A program made the position numbers and the translations under genes. From Escherichia coli (lineage in GTDB: Bacteria > Pseudomonadota > Gammaproteobacteria > Enterobacterales > Enterobacteriaceae), in NCBI RefSeq assembly GCF_016889905.1, contig NZ_CP069559.1: 32,000 nt of DNA; one strand, given 5' to 3'. Positions 17,040 to 28,867 of this stretch are shown one piece after another. Under the pieces are notes generated by a model. That model did not search any database and was not told where the DNA came from. It was given only the letters and a program-made list of their open reading frames with translations. How positions within the stretch are numbered: the stretch's first letter is position 1; each line of letters opens with the position of its first letter.

Positions 17040-17865
17040 GGACCGCCTCCAGACGCTTGGCGAGCCAGCGTTGCGACAGGCGGGTGAGTTCTCCTTTGCG
17101 CTGCTCATATTCCATGCCCATATCAATTAACGTGATATTGGTGCTTTCGAGATATGAGAGGTGCTCAAGCTGTTCTGCGTTCATATGGTCGCGAGGTTCG
17201 CCAGAATAGCCATTTATCCGCGCCCACTGCTTAGCAGTTAGCCCACCAAGAACGATACGAGAAATCATATTGCTCTCGTTTGTGTAGTGGTGTTGCTGCG
17301 TCGTTTTCCCCTGCTCGGCACGGGCCATATTCAGCGCATCGCACATTGGCTTAAAGTTGTTTGCGGCACTAATACGGGCTTTTAGCTGGCGACGATAGCG
17401 GGCGGCGATTTCAGGCACGCTACGCTGTAATTCTTCCTCGCACTGGATGAAATAACGACGGATAGCGCGACCCTGATCATTGCGTTCGATCATTGCCAGT
17501 TCTTTCGCCATTCCGACACTTAACAGATAGTCTTTGCCGGGTCTGCCAGACTGCTTAATCTTGCTGTAAGCCGCGCCATTCGGGCTTTTCCCCAAATTTG
17601 GGGAAATTGTTTTATGGACTGAGTAATCGTGCCCAATGGTGAAGTCATATTCAGAGATGCGATCAGTGATCCATGTAGAGAAGTCTTTTCCCACGCCCAA
17701 CGCTTTGTGTAACGCTTTTGCGCTAACAATATTGGTTTCACGCCCACCGATATGACCAGGAATAACCGGGACAATTGCGGCAAATTCATTACCGTTAATT
17801 GTGCCCAGAGAGGCGTTCAGATGAGGGGCAGCCTCAGAAATTAATCTGCTTTTTTCGATGTTCAT
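17032..17865 (-). CDS. AntA/AntB-type antirepressor
   Basis: VSAKALHKALGVGKDFSTWITDRISEYDFTIGHDYSV...GRPGKDYLLSVGMAKELAMIERNDQGRAIRRYFIQCE is the typical AntA/AntB core. Confidence 0.9.
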   Translation of the reverse strand: MNIEKSRLISEAAPHLNASLGTINGNEFAAIVPVIPGHIGGRETNIVSAKALHKALGVGKDFSTWITDRISEYDFTIGHDYSVHKTISPNLGKSPNGAAYSKIKQSGRPGKDYLLSVGMAKELAMIERNDQGRAIRRYFIQCEEELQRSVPEIAARYRRQLKARISAANNFKPMCDALNMARAEQGKTTQQHHYTNESNMISRIVLGGLTAKQWARINGYSGEPRDHMNAEQLEHLSYLESTNITLIDMGMEYEQRKGELTRLSQRWLAKRLEAVHV

Positions 17866-17877
17866 TTTCAGTCTCCG

Positions 17878-18309
17878 TTAGGCGGCGTTAAACGCGTCCG
17901 GGTAGAGTTTCAGAATGTCGGCAATTTCCTGCTGAGAAAGTCCGTTGTGATCATTTATGTTCGCAAGATGGTTAATATGAGTGATCACTTTCAGAACATC
18001 ACCACGGCAGGAGAAACGGTAGCGAAGGTGTGTTCCGATACCATCAGGATTCTTTTCGTCGATACGCTCCAGAGTGATTCCAAGCTGGCGTTCTAACTCT
18101 GTTGCATAGTTACGACCAGAAGACAGACGGCAGTAGCGAAGAATGTCATTTTCTGTCCATCCCTCTATACCAGTACGCAGCATATAGACTCTGGCACGAT
18201 GCTTTTTCGGTGTACGCTTTGGTGCTTGAAGGGATTTTGTAAGGGGCGTAACATCAGATACACGAATATCTGAATTAGCCGCCTGTAATGGGCGGTTTTT
18301 CTTTTCCAT
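17878..18309 (-). CDS. hypothetical regulatory-region protein (143 aa)
   Basis: ORF start overlaps the end of the AlpA-like gene; contains NGLSQQEIADILKLYPD, helix-turn-helix-like. Confidence 0.6.
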   Translation of the reverse strand: MEKKNRPLQAANSDIRVSDVTPLTKSLQAPKRTPKKHRARVYMLRTGIEGWTENDILRYCRLSSGRNYATELERQLGITLERIDEKNPDGIGTHLRYRFSCRGDVLKVITHINHLANINDHNGLSQQEIADILKLYPDAFNAA

Positions 18310-18512
18310 CAGGCCACCTCGTCTCTAGATTCTAATATACACTTCTCAATCCATTCATCTATTTCAGACTCAACAAAAGCAATTGCCCGACTTCCAATTT
18401 TTACCTGTTTAGGGAACCTCCCCTGACTAATAAGACGATAAATCCATGCTTTGCTATAACCAGTTCGCCTTTGAACTTCAGAGAGACGAATTAATGAATT
18501 GTAATTAGCCAT
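18309..18512 (-). CDS. AlpA-family regulator/excisionase
   Basis: MANYNSLIRLSEVQRRTGYSKAWIYRLISQGRFPKQVKIGSRAIAFVESEIDEWIEKCI is the canonical AlpA pattern. Confidence 0.92.
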   Translation of the reverse strand: MANYNSLIRLSEVQRRTGYSKAWIYRLISQGRFPKQVKIGSRAIAFVESEIDEWIEKCILESRDEVA

Positions 18513-18598
18513 TTATTAATATCCTGTACTAATGACGCAATAACCCCCTCCTGCAACGAATGGCGAGAGTTTTATTTGCGTCAAATGTCGAATACGCC

Positions 18599-18633
18599 AA
18601 AGACCACAATATGAAAAACATATTGCGGTCTTT
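18599..18633. terminator. bidirectional hairpin/terminator between int and alpA-like gene
   Basis: AAAGACCACAATATG-AAAAA-CATATTGCGGTCTTT, 15-bp arms with one mismatch, followed by TTT. Confidence 0.65.
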
Positions 18634-18903
18634 TATAAAAGATAGTCAGATTGTTTTGGTTTGTTTGCTCCACAAGGGTAGAGCTACCCTGCATTTCGGC
18701 AGGATCACGCTATTAGGCGTGACATCCAGTAGTTTTAAAGAACATTCCGCTTTGTCAGCGACGTAGAAGGCTCAATACACCTTCGTTTATAAAAGAGCGA
18801 TTGCCCTTCTCCAGGGCTAACTGTTAAATAGCAATCCTCTGTGAGTTTTTATCAATCTACTCCCCTATACTTTAGTAAACCTCTGTATACTTGTCCAGTT
18901 GTT

Positions 18904-20118
18904 TCATGCGTGTTTTTCAAACACCATATGCACCACATTTCCGCCATGCTCGAGAGAATCCATATAGTCGGCATACCATTGAAGCATCTCCCGCCTTCCA
19001 TCCAGATATTGCGCATGGTTGTATGTGCCACGAATTGAGTTCTTATCAACGTGAGCGAGCTGCGTTTCTATCCACGCGGTGTTATAGCCCTGCTCATGCA
19101 AAATCGTACTCATAGTGTGCCGGAACCCATGACCAGTTACACGTCCAGCGTAGCCAATGCGCTTAAACACTTGGTTTATGCTGGCCTCGCTCATTGTTTT
19201 CCTTGGATCATTGCGCCCGGGAAACATAAGAGGGTAATTGCCTGTTATTTCTCTAATCTTCCCAATAAGCGAAAGAGCCTGCTCAGACAATGGCACAATA
19301 TGAGGCCGCCGCATTTTCATACGTGAAGCGGGTATCTCCCAGATAGCCTTGTTGAAATCAATTTCATCCCATAATGCGCCACGTAGTTCGCCAGTCCGCA
19401 AGCCGGTGATAATCAGTAGACGAGCCGCCATAACAACCAATGCGCTTCCTGAGTAACTGGACAATGCCTTGAAAAAATCAGGTAATTCTTTGGCTGTAAG
19501 GAAAGGGTAATGATTAGATTCATGGCCTTGCATCGCGCTAGTAAGGTCTGGTGCAGGGTTATACTCTGCGCGACCAGTGACTATTGCATAGCGGAAAACT
19601 TCCCCGCACCGTTGCCTCACTTTTTTGGCTTTTTCTGTAGCACCGCGCCCCTCGATGCGACGCAGCACATTCAGAAGTTCAAGTGGTTTGATTTCGGCGA
19701 TGGGTTTTTTGCCAATGTAAGGGAACACATCTTTGTTGAAGGCTTCGAGGATGTCTGAAGCATAACCATCAGACCATTTTTTTAATTTGCTGCTGTGCCA
19801 CTCAAGGGCAATATCTTTGAAGGTGTTGTTTAACTGCGTTTCCCGGGCAATCTTTTCCTCTCGTTTCGCTTCCATCGGATCGATACCACCAGCGATACCT
19901 CTTTTCGCATCTTCACGTTTTGCCCGAGCATCGGCTAGAGTAACCTCAGGATACACACCTAGTGCCAATAGCTTCTCTTTACCAGCTACACGATATTTAA
20001 GTCGCCAGTATTTACCTCCATTAGGTTTTACCAAGAGATACAAACCGCCACCATCGGTCAGCTTGTAAGCCTTCTCTTTTGGCTTGGCTGTGTCTATTTG
20101 ACGGGCATTGAGTTTCAC
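18904..20118 (-). CDS. int: P4/CP4-type tyrosine recombinase integrase
   Basis: N-terminal MKLNARQIDTAKPKEKAYKLTDGGGLYLLVKPNGGKYWRLKYR; catalytic TGLRTGEL, HGFRHTMST and LAHVDKN..RGTYNHAQYL; adjacent to a tRNA 3' end. Confidence 0.97.
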   Translation of the reverse strand: MKLNARQIDTAKPKEKAYKLTDGGGLYLLVKPNGGKYWRLKYRVAGKEKLLALGVYPEVTLADARAKREDAKRGIAGGIDPMEAKREEKIARETQLNNTFKDIALEWHSSKLKKWSDGYASDILEAFNKDVFPYIGKKPIAEIKPLELLNVLRRIEGRGATEKAKKVRQRCGEVFRYAIVTGRAEYNPAPDLTSAMQGHESNHYPFLTAKELPDFFKALSSYSGSALVVMAARLLIITGLRTGELRGALWDEIDFNKAIWEIPASRMKMRRPHIVPLSEQALSLIGKIREITGNYPLMFPGRNDPRKTMSEASINQVFKRIGYAGRVTGHGFRHTMSTILHEQGYNTAWIETQLAHVDKNSIRGTYNHAQYLDGRREMLQWYADYMDSLEHGGNVVHMVFEKHA

Positions 20119-20283
20119 TTGGGGGTACCTCCACTAAACCGAACAGCAAATACCCCCATAAGTACCCCCATCTGACCGTAGATTTTGAGGGACTTTAGTA
20201 GACGTCAAAAGACGAACGGGGCTTTAATACGCGGATTATAAGGGGTTTTGAAAGACTTTAGTAGACTTGGGGAGATGTTTGAA

Positions 20284-20359
20284 TGGTGCCGATAATAGGA
20301 GTCGAACCTACGACCTTCGCATTACGAATGCGCTGCTCTACCAACTGAGCTATATCGGC
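20284..20359 (-). tRNA. thrW: tRNA-Thr (CGT anticodon), integration target
   Basis: Minus strand GCCGATATAGCTCAGTTGGTAGAGCAGCGCATTCGTAATGCGAAGGTCGTAGGTTCGACTCCTATTATCGGCACCA; full cloverleaf, encoded CCA. Confidence 0.97.
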
Positions 20360-20473
20360 CCTGAAAGGACATGTTCACGAACGTGAATCACGGTGGACAA
20401 GGTTAAAACTAACCGGGCGATGCGTCAATGGCCTTGTGAATCAAATGGCTACTTTTGCATCACCCGGTTTTAT

Positions 20474-21727
20474 TTACGCACGAATGGTGTAATCACCAAT
20501 GCCGATCCACTTATAAGTGGTCAGAGCTTCCAGCCCCATTGGGCCGCGCGCGTGGAGTTTTTGTGTGCTTACCGCAACTTCCGCCCCCAGTCCAAACTGG
20601 CCGCCGTCGGTAAAACGCGTAGAGGCGTTAACGTAAACAGCGGAGGAATCCACTTCGTTAACAAAACGCTGGGCGTTGCGCATATCGCTGGTCAGGATCG
20701 CATCGGAGTGTTGCGTGCCGTGTTCACGAATATGGGCAATGGCGTCATCCAGATCGCTAACGATTTTGACGTTCAAATCTAATGACAGAAACTCATCGTC
20801 ATACTCTTCGGCTTTAACAGCCACCACCTTCGCGGGGCCTGCCTGCAACTGCGCCAGCGCGGCTGCATCAGCGTGTAACGTCACGCCGCTTTCCGCCATT
20901 TGTTTGCTTAATGCGGGCAGGAAGCTATCAGCGATGTTTTTATTCACCAGCAACGTTTCTACCGTATTACATGTGCTCGGACGCTGAGTTTTCGCGTTGA
21001 CAATTACTTTCAGGGCTTCAGCGATCTCTGCACTTTCATCAACGTAAATATGGCATACGCCTATACCGCCTGTGATCACCGGGATTGTCGACTGCTCGCG
21101 GCACAGTTTATGCAAACCAGCCCCACCGCGCGGGATCAGCATGTCGATGTATTTATCCATACGCAGCATTTCACTGACCAGCGCACGGTCAGGATTATCA
21201 ATTGCCTGCACGGCACCCGCCGGTAAGCCGCAGGATTTCAGGGCGTCCTGAATCACCGCTACCGTTGCAGCGTTAGTGCGACAGGTTTCTTTGCCGCCGC
21301 GCAGGATCACCGCGTTACCGGTTTTCAGGCACAGGGAAGCAACATCAACCGTCACGTTCGGGCGCGCTTCATAAATCACGCCAATCACCCCCAGCGGTAC
21401 GCGACGACGCTCAAGACGCAGGCCGCTGTCCAGTACGCCGCCATCGATTACCTGCCCCACCGGATCGGCGAGATTGCACACCTGGCGCACATCGTCGGCA
21501 ATGCCTTTCAGCCGTGCGGGCGTCAGTGCCAGACGGTCAAGCATCGCTTCGCTAAGGCCATTGGCACACGCGTCTGCAACATCCTGCGCGTTAGCGTTGA
21601 GGATACTTTCGCTTTGTGCTTCCAGTTCATCGGCGATTTTTTCCAGCACACGATTTTTTTCGCGGCTGGAGAGTTGCGCTAATTTATACGAGGCTTGCTT
21701 CGCGGCAATGCCCATTTGTTCCAGCAT
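20474..21727 (-). CDS. proA: gamma-glutamyl phosphate reductase
   Basis: Full-length 417 aa [38 protein letters not shown]... Confidence 0.98.
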   Translation of the reverse strand: MLEQMGIAAKQASYKLAQLSSREKNRVLEKIADELEAQSESILNANAQDVADACANGLSEAMLDRLALTPARLKGIADDVRQVCNLADPVGQVIDGGVLDSGLRLERRRVPLGVIGVIYEARPNVTVDVASLCLKTGNAVILRGGKETCRTNAATVAVIQDALKSCGLPAGAVQAIDNPDRALVSEMLRMDKYIDMLIPRGGAGLHKLCREQSTIPVITGGIGVCHIYVDESAEIAEALKVIVNAKTQRPSTCNTVETLLVNKNIADSFLPALSKQMAESGVTLHADAAALAQLQAGPAKVVAVKAEEYDDEFLSLDLNVKIVSDLDDAIAHIREHGTQHSDAILTSDMRNAQRFVNEVDSSAVYVNASTRFTDGGQFGLGAEVAVSTQKLHARGPMGLEALTTYKWIGIGDYTIRA

Positions 21728-21738
21728 CGGCCAGCTCC

Positions 21739-22842
21739 TTAACGGGTAATCATGTCATCACGGTGAACGGCAACCGGGCCGTATTCATATCCCAGTATTG
21801 CATCAATTTCTTGCGAGTGGTGTCCGGCAATACGGCGTAATGCATCGCTGTTGTAACGACTGACGCCGTGGGCGATATCGCGACCTTCGAGGTTGCAAAT
21901 ACGGATGACTTCACCACGCGAGAAATTGCCAGTCACGCTTTTAATGCCTTTCGGCAACAGGGAGCTGCCGCGTTCCAGAATGGCGGCAGTTGCCCCTTCA
22001 TCTACCGTGATTTCACCCGCAGGCGGCGCACCGAAAATCCAGCGTTTACGGTTTTCAAGCGGAGTCGCCTGGGCATGGAACAGCGTACCGACGGAAATGC
22101 CTTCCATCACATCACCAATAACGCCCGGCTTGCTGCCCGCGGCAATAATGGTGTCGATACCCGCACGGCAAGCCACGTCAGCGGCCTGCAATTTGGTGCT
22201 CATACCGCCAGTTCCGAGGCCTGAAACGCTATCACCGGCAATCGCGCGCAGTGCGTCATCAATGCCGTACACATCTTTAATCAGTTCTGCCTGCGGATTG
22301 CTGCGCGGGTCAGCGGTATACAAACCTTTTTGATCGGTCAGCAGCAACAGTTTATCGGCACCCGCCAGAATCGCCGCCAGCGCAGAAAGGTTATCGTTAT
22401 CACCGACCTTAATCTCTGCAGTAGCGACAGCATCGTTCTCATTAATTACCGGAACGATATTGTTATCGAGCAACGCACGCAGGGTATCGCGGGCGTTCAG
22501 GAAGCGTTCACGATCTTCCATATCAGCACGGGTCAGCAACATCTGCCCGACATGAATGCCGTAAATTGAAAACAGCTGTTCCCACAGTTGAATCAGTCGA
22601 CTCTGCCCTACCGCCGCCAGCAGCTGTTTTGAAGCGATAGTCGCTGGCAATTCCGGGTACCCCAGGTGCTCACGTCCGGCGGCAATCGCACCTGACGTCA
22701 CAATAACAATCCGATGCCCGGCGGCATGTAACTGCGCGCACTGGCGAACAAGTTCAACGATATGGGCACGGTTCAGGCGGCGCGATCCGCCTGTTAGCAC
22801 ACTGGTGCCGAGTTTTACCACCAGCGTCTGGCTGTCACTCAT
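21739..22842 (-). CDS. proB: glutamate 5-kinase
   Basis: [35 protein letters not shown]...; the listed upstream extension to 22881 is not needed. Confidence 0.97.
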
Positions 22843-23031
22843 GATTCTCTGCCATTCAATTTTAGGAAAAAATGATATCAAACGAACGTTTTAGCAGGAC
22901 TGTCGTCGGTTGCCAACCATCTGCGAGCAAAGCATGGCGTTTTGTTGCGCGGGATCAGCAAGCGTAGCGGCAGTTGTTTACGCTTTTATTACAGATTTAA
23001 TAAATTACCACATTTTAAGAATATTATTAAT

Positions 23032-23049
23032 CTGTAATATATCTTTAAC
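23032..23049 (+). promoter_or_regulatory. Pho box upstream of phoE
   Basis: CTGTAATATATCTTTAAC, PhoB-site-like, ~80 nt before the phoE start. Confidence 0.8.
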
Positions 23050-23130
23050 AATCTCAGGTTAAAAACTTTCCTGTTTTCAACGGGACTCTCCCGCTGAATA
23101 TTCGCGCGTTAATTAAAATCAGGAATGAAA

Positions 23131-24186
23131 ATGAAAAAGAGCACTCTGGCATTAGTGGTGATGGGCATTGTGGCATCTGTATCCGTACAGGCCGCAGAAA
23201 TATATAACAAAGACGGTAATAAACTGGATGTCTATGGCAAAGTTAAAGCCATGCATTATATGAGTGATAATGACAGTAAAGATGGCGACCAGAGTTATAT
23301 CCGTTTTGGTTTTAAAGGCGAAACACAAATTAACGATCAACTGACTGGTTATGGTCGTTGGGAAGCTGAGTTTGCCGGTAATAAAGCGGAGAGTGATACT
23401 GCACAGCAAAAAACGCGTCTCGCTTTTGCCGGGTTGAAATATAAAGATTTGGGTTCTTTCGATTATGGTCGTAACCTGGGCGCGTTGTATGACGTGGAAG
23501 CCTGGACCGATATGTTCCCGGAATTTGGTGGCGACTCCTCGGCGCAGACCGACAACTTTATGACCAAACGCGCCAGCGGTCTGGCGACGTATCGGAACAC
23601 CGACTTCTTCGGCGTTATCGATGGCCTGAACTTAACCCTGCAATATCAAGGGAAAAACGAAAACCGCGACGTTAAAAAGCAAAACGGCGATGGCTTCGGC
23701 ACGTCATTGACATATGACTTTGGTGGCAGCGATTTCGCCATCAGTGGAGCCTATACCAACTCTGATCGTACCAACGAGCAGAACCTGCAAAGCCGTGGCA
23801 CAGGCAAGCGTGCAGAAGCATGGGCAACAGGTCTGAAATACGATGCCAATAATATTTATCTGGCAACTTTCTATTCTGAAACACGTAAAATGATGCCAAT
23901 CTCTGGCGGCTTTGCCAATAAGACGCAGAACTTTGAAGCGGTCGCTCAATACCAGTTTGACTTTGGTCTGCGTCCATCGCTGGGTTATGTCTTATCGAAA
24001 GGGAAAGATATTGAGGGCATCGGTGATGAAGATCTGGTCAATTATGTCGATGTTGGTGCTACGTATTATTTCAACAAAAATATGTCAGCGTTTGTTGATT
24101 ATAAAATCAACCAACTGGATAGCGATAACAAATTGAATATTAATAATGATGATATTGTCGCGGTTGGCATGACCTATCAGTTTTAA
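23131..24186 (+). CDS. phoE: outer membrane phosphoporin
   Basis: [46 protein letters not shown]...VGMTYQF; start at the second ATG after AGGA. Confidence 0.98.
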   Translation: MKKSTLALVVMGIVASVSVQAAEIYNKDGNKLDVYGKVKAMHYMSDNDSKDGDQSYIRFGFKGETQINDQLTGYGRWEAEFAGNKAESDTAQQKTRLAFAGLKYKDLGSFDYGRNLGALYDVEAWTDMFPEFGGDSSAQTDNFMTKRASGLATYRNTDFFGVIDGLNLTLQYQGKNENRDVKKQNGDGFGTSLTYDFGGSDFAISGAYTNSDRTNEQNLQSRGTGKRAEAWATGLKYDANNIYLATFYSETRKMMPISGGFANKTQNFEAVAQYQFDFGLRPSLGYVLSKGKDIEGIGDEDLVNYVDVGATYYFNKNMSAFVDYKINQLDSDNKLNINNDDIVAVGMTYQF

Positions 24187-24194
24187 TGGATATT

Positions 24195-24215
24195 GCCGGA
24201 TGTGATGCATCCGGC
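24195..24215. repeat. REP-like palindrome downstream of phoE
   Basis: GCCGGATGTGATGCATCCGGC. Confidence 0.7.
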
Positions 24216-24224
24216 ACATTTCAT

Positions 24225-24683
<459 letters not shown>

Positions 24684-25928
24684 TTAACACAAACGTTTTT
24701 CGATCCAGTCTGTGATTTCCTGAAGGCCTTTGTCAAAATTCCGATACACTGGGTTAAATGGGATCTCTAATAATTTACCGTCAGCAGATGATGAGGTGAT
24801 TAAGCGTGAGTCCTCTTCCGGGCTGAACGGATCGTTCTTCCAGTAGCCTGATAACATTGGCGTTGGGCAGCGACGTCCCAGCAATCCTTGCACTTTTAAT
24901 GAATAGCGATTCAACTCCACTCGCAACGCTTCGTCGGAAGCATCATGCATCCCTAAACGACTGGCCAGAACGTCAAGATACATTTCCGGCACCTGTTGCT
25001 GGCACTTAAAATCACTCAACAGGGTATGAACTACCGGACCAAGACAGGCAACCACTTTCAGACGCGGCGATTCAAGGTATGCCAGACGCACGGCAACGTT
25101 AGCGCCGAAACGGAAACCAAAGGCCGCGACGCGAGTGTGATCCACCCACGGTACGTTAGGCAGCGCCTTTAAAACGTGCTGATGCAACAGGCTGGAGTCC
25201 TGGGTGAGCTTCCATTTTGAAGAAAAGCCCACCGACGGCATATCAATAGTCAGCATAGCAATGCCGCGCGGCGCAAAATAACGTTCATACAGGCTGTAAT
25301 AGTCCGTCTGCATCGCATCCAGACCACCACACATTAATACTGTCGGGAACGGGCCATCGCCTTTCGGCATATGCAAAAAGCCGGTGATGGGCGCACCGCC
25401 GGGTACGGTAAACTCCATCTGCCGCATCGTGCCCGGCAGACGCTGAGCGGCCTCTTCATAGGCGCGGTTTGACAAAGCCTGCGCTTGCTCGGCCAGGTCA
25501 TCTCCTTTCAGATGAGGATAGGCAGCAATGTTGTACAACGTAGCCGCATGCAGCCAGTGTCGACCGCTGAGTTGCGGATCTTCTTCCGCACAGGCTTTTT
25601 GTTGCCACACCATCGCCTGGGTAGCCCACTCATAAATCCAGTTGCCGCCGCGGTAGCCAATCACCGTATCGTATAAATCATCGTCGGTACGTTCGGCATC
25701 GCTCATCACAATACGCGCCTGGACATCGAGGATTTCACGTGGGTCAATGCCGCGCCAGATCCACATCAGACGGTTAATCATGCGATACCAGTGAGGGATG
25801 GTTTTACCATCAAGGGCCGACTGCACAGGCAGTTGTGCGCCGTGACTAAAGCGGCGGACTAGCGTCGAGGTTTCAGGATGTTTAAAGCGGGGTTTGAACA
25901 GGGTTTCGCTCAGGTTTGCCTGTGTCAT
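24684..25928 (-). CDS. frsA: esterase/fermentation-respiration switch protein FrsA
   Basis: 414 aa [60 protein letters not shown]... Confidence 0.96.
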   Translation of the reverse strand: MTQANLSETLFKPRFKHPETSTLVRRFSHGAQLPVQSALDGKTIPHWYRMINRLMWIWRGIDPREILDVQARIVMSDAERTDDDLYDTVIGYRGGNWIYEWATQAMVWQQKACAEEDPQLSGRHWLHAATLYNIAAYPHLKGDDLAEQAQALSNRAYEEAAQRLPGTMRQMEFTVPGGAPITGFLHMPKGDGPFPTVLMCGGLDAMQTDYYSLYERYFAPRGIAMLTIDMPSVGFSSKWKLTQDSSLLHQHVLKALPNVPWVDHTRVAAFGFRFGANVAVRLAYLESPRLKVVACLGPVVHTLLSDFKCQQQVPEMYLDVLASRLGMHDASDEALRVELNRYSLKVQGLLGRRCPTPMLSGYWKNDPFSPEEDSRLITSSSADGKLLEIPFNPVYRNFDKGLQEITDWIEKRLC

Positions 25929-25989
25929 GGATGCAGCCTCCAGAATACTTACTGGAAACTATTGTAACCCGCCTGAAGTTAAAAAGAAC

Positions 25990-26012
25990 AACGCCCGGCA
26001 GTGCCAGGCGTT
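25990..26012 (-). terminator. rho-independent terminator downstream of gpt
   Basis: Minus strand AACGCCTGGCACTGCCGGGCGTT followed by GTTCTTTTT. Confidence 0.75.
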
Positions 26013-26019
26013 GAAAAGA

Positions 26020-26478
26020 TTAGCGACCGGAGATTGGCGGGACGAATACGACGCCCATATCCCACGGCTGTTCGATCCAGGTATTTTGCGGGATATCAAC
26101 AACATAATCATCAACCAGCGGACGACCGGCCGGTTTTGCGAAGATGGTGACAAAGTGCGCTTTTGGATACATTTCACGAATCGCAACCGCAGTACCACCG
26201 GTATCTACCAGGTCATCAATAACGATGAAGCCTTCGCCATCGCCTTCTGCGCGTTTCAGCACTTTAAGCTCGCGCTGGTTGTCGTGATCGTAGCTGGAAA
26301 TACAAACGGTATCGACATGACGAATACCCAGTTCACGCGCCAGTAACGCACCCGGTACCAGACCGCCACGGCTTACGGCAATAATGCCTTTCCATTGTTC
26401 AGAAGGCATCAGTCGGCTTGCGAGTTTACGTGCATGGATCTGCAACATGTCCCAGGTGACGATGTATTTTTCGCTCAT
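26020..26478 (-). CDS. gpt: xanthine-guanine phosphoribosyltransferase
   Basis: [70 protein letters not shown]... Confidence 0.98.
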   Translation of the reverse strand: MSEKYIVTWDMLQIHARKLASRLMPSEQWKGIIAVSRGGLVPGALLARELGIRHVDTVCISSYDHDNQRELKVLKRAEGDGEGFIVIDDLVDTGGTAVAIREMYPKAHFVTIFAKPAGRPLVDDYVVDIPQNTWIEQPWDMGVVFVPPISGR

Positions 26479-26738
26479 GTGAAGTGTCCCAGCCTGTTTA
26501 TCTACGGCTTAAAAAGTGTTCGAGGGGAAAATAGGTTGCGCGAGATTATAGAGATCTGGCGCACTAAAAACCAGTATTTCACATGAGTCCGCGTCTTTTT
26601 ACGCACTGCCTCTCCCTGACGCGGGATAAAGTGGTATTCTCAAACATATCTCGCAAGCCTGTCTTGTGTTGACAACATTTTCTGCTAACCCTGTGACCTG
26701 CAATACTGTTTTGCGGGTGATCGACAAGGAGACTTAAC

Positions 26739-28196
26739 GTGTCTGAACTGTCTCAATTATCTCCACAGCCGCTGTGGGATATTTTTGCCAAAATCTGTTC
26801 TATTCCTCACCCGTCCTATCATGAAGAGCAACTCGCTGAATACATTGTTGGTTGGGCAAAAGAGAAAGGTTTCCATGTCGAACGCGATCAGGTAGGTAAT
26901 ATCCTGATTCGTAAACCTGCTACCGCAGGTATGGAAAATCGTAAACCGGTCGTCTTGCAGGCCCACCTCGATATGGTGCCGCAAAAAAACAACGACACCG
27001 TGCATGACTTCACTAAAGATCCTATCCAGCCTTATATTGATGGCGAATGGGTTAAAGCACGCGGCACCACGCTGGGTGCGGATAACGGCATTGGTATGGC
27101 CTCTGCACTGGCGGTTCTGGCTGACGAAAACGTGGTTCACGGCCCGCTGGAAGTGCTGCTGACCATGACCGAAGAAGCCGGTATGGACGGTGCTTTTGGC
27201 TTACAGAGCAACTGGTTGCAGGCTGATATTCTGATTAACACCGACTCCGAAGAAGAAGGTGAAATCTACATGGGTTGTGCGGGAGGTATCGACTTCACCT
27301 CCAACCTGCATTTAGATCGTGAAGCGGTTCCAGCTGGTTTTGAAACCTTCAAGTTAACCTTAAAAGGTCTGAAAGGCGGTCACTCCGGCGGTGAAATCCA
27401 CGTTGGCCTGGGTAATGCCAACAAACTGTTGGTGCGCTTCCTGGCGGGTCATGCAGAAGAACTGGACCTGCGTCTTATTGATTTCAACGGCGGCACACTG
27501 CGTAACGCCATCCCGCGTGAAGCCTTTGCGACCATTGCTGTCGCAGCTGATAAAGTCGACGCCCTGAAATCTCTGGTGGATACCTATCAGGAGATCCTGA
27601 AAAACGAACTGGCAGAGAAAGAGAAAAATCTGGCATTGCTGCTGGACTCTGTTGCGAACGATAAAGCTGCCCTGATTGCGAAATCTCGCGATACCTTTAT
27701 TCGTCTGCTGAACGCCACCCCGAACGGTGTGATCCGCAACTCCGACGTGGCAAAAGGTGTGGTCGAAACCTCCCTGAACGTCGGTGTGGTGACCATGACC
27801 GACAATAACGTAGAAATTCACTGCCTGATCCGTTCTCTGATCGACAGCGGTAAAGACTACGTAGTGAGCATGCTGGATTCACTGGGTAAACTGGCAGGTG
27901 CGAAAACAGAAGCAAAAGGCGCATATCCTGGCTGGCAGCCGGACGCTAACTCTCCGGTAATGCATCTGGTACGTGAAACCTATCAGCGTCTGTTCAACAA
28001 AACGCCGAACATCCAGATTATCCACGCGGGCCTGGAATGTGGTCTGTTCAAAAAACCGTATCCGGAAATGGACATGGTGTCTATCGGGCCAACCATCACC
28101 GGTCCACACTCTCCGGATGAGCAAGTTCATATCGAAAGCGTTGGCCATTACTGGACACTGCTGACTGAACTGCTGAAAGAAATTCCGGCGAAGTAA
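26739..28196 (+). CDS. pepD: aminoacyl-histidine dipeptidase (peptidase D)
   Basis: 485 aa MSELSQLSPQPLWDIFAKICSIPHPSYHEEQLAEYIVGWAKEKG... Confidence 0.98.
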   Translation: MSELSQLSPQPLWDIFAKICSIPHPSYHEEQLAEYIVGWAKEKGFHVERDQVGNILIRKPATAGMENRKPVVLQAHLDMVPQKNNDTVHDFTKDPIQPYIDGEWVKARGTTLGADNGIGMASALAVLADENVVHGPLEVLLTMTEEAGMDGAFGLQSNWLQADILINTDSEEEGEIYMGCAGGIDFTSNLHLDREAVPAGFETFKLTLKGLKGGHSGGEIHVGLGNANKLLVRFLAGHAEELDLRLIDFNGGTLRNAIPREAFATIAVAADKVDALKSLVDTYQEILKNELAEKEKNLALLLDSVANDKAALIAKSRDTFIRLLNATPNGVIRNSDVAKGVVETSLNVGVVTMTDNNVEIHCLIRSLIDSGKDYVVSMLDSLGKLAGAKTEAKGAYPGWQPDANSPVMHLVRETYQRLFNKTPNIQIIHAGLECGLFKKPYPEMDMVSIGPTITGPHSPDEQVHIESVGHYWTLLTELLKEIPAK

Positions 28197-28210
28197 TTAT
28201 TTGATTTGCT

Positions 28211-28238
28211 GCCGGATGGCGTTTAATCGCCTTCCGGC
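28211..28238. repeat. REP/BIME-like palindrome downstream of pepD
   Basis: GCCGGATGGCGTTTAATCGCCTTCCGGC. Confidence 0.75.
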
Positions 28239-28252
28239 AGTTTCATCCTTCA

Positions 28253-28867
28253 TTATCCTTCGATAAAAGCCATCCCTGTGAACGTTCGTCGCGGGTTGCC
28301 TCGTTCAATCTGGTGATGGAACATTCGCCGCTGCGATTTCAGCGCCGCGCTATTTTCCTGTTGCTGTTGTTCCAGCTTCCAGGCAATCAGTAATCGCGCC
28401 AGCCGTTTGTTAGCATGCTGACTGCGCTCTGACTGAACCTTCACGCTAATACCGGATGCCAGATGCGTGGCGCGTACCGCCGAGTCGGTTTTATTGACAT
28501 GTTGACCGCCCGGCCCTGACGAACGCAGCGTCTCATAACGGATTGCATCCGATTGTTCCTGCTCATCAGCGGTAAAACGCCCAATGCCCAGAAACCAGTT
28601 TTTGCGCCCATGATGAGGCCGATACGGACTCGGACAAATCCACTGGATAGTGCCGCACCAGCTTTCGCTTAGAGCCCATGCGTTATCGCCATCCAGAGAA
28701 ATCAGCGCCGAACGCAGTGTGTCAGAGTAGCGACCCGTTTCTGTTTCCAGCACCGTTACCGCGACGTCCTGTCGGGTAGCTTCTTTAATCAGCCTGTCCA
28801 GTGCTTTTTTCACTGCGAGACAACATTCTTCCGGCCCCTGAGCAGAGGAGAGTTGTAGCAAGATCAT
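28253..28867 (-). CDS. prfH: peptide chain release factor-like protein PrfH, apparently full length
   Basis: [27 protein letters not shown]...; GGQ motif in [25 protein letters not shown] at 28867 overlaps the upstream rtcB-like stop. Confidence 0.93.
   Translation of the reverse strand: MILLQLSSAQGPEECCLAVKKALDRLIKEATRQDVAVTVLETETGRYSDTLRSALISLDGDNAWALSESWCGTIQWICPSPYRPHHGRKNWFLGIGRFTADEQEQSDAIRYETLRSSGPGGQHVNKTDSAVRATHLASGISVKVQSERSQHANKRLARLLIAWKLEQQQQENSAALKSQRRMFHHQIERGNPRRTFTGMAFIEG

Larger units (their letters stand above)
1..20283. mobile_element. thrW-integrated hybrid prophage/satellite (P4-type integration/replication plus P22-type ejection module), left end outside window
   Basis: int adjacent to the thrW 3' end, AlpA, Ant, Ash/Icd, primase, P22-like genes; abrupt change to proA/proB core genome beyond thrW. 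Confidence 0.9.

Noticed and set aside
18883-18898. CTGTATACTTGTCCAG, close to the dinB LexA box, next to the int stop codon
   Set aside because: Imperfect (CCAG end) and located at the 3' end of int without an obvious downstream promoter; not enough to call an SOS site.
20393-22569. Plus-strand ORFs opposite proA/proB (e.g. 129 and 146 aa)
   Set aside because: Antisense shadows of highly conserved proA/proB coding sequence.
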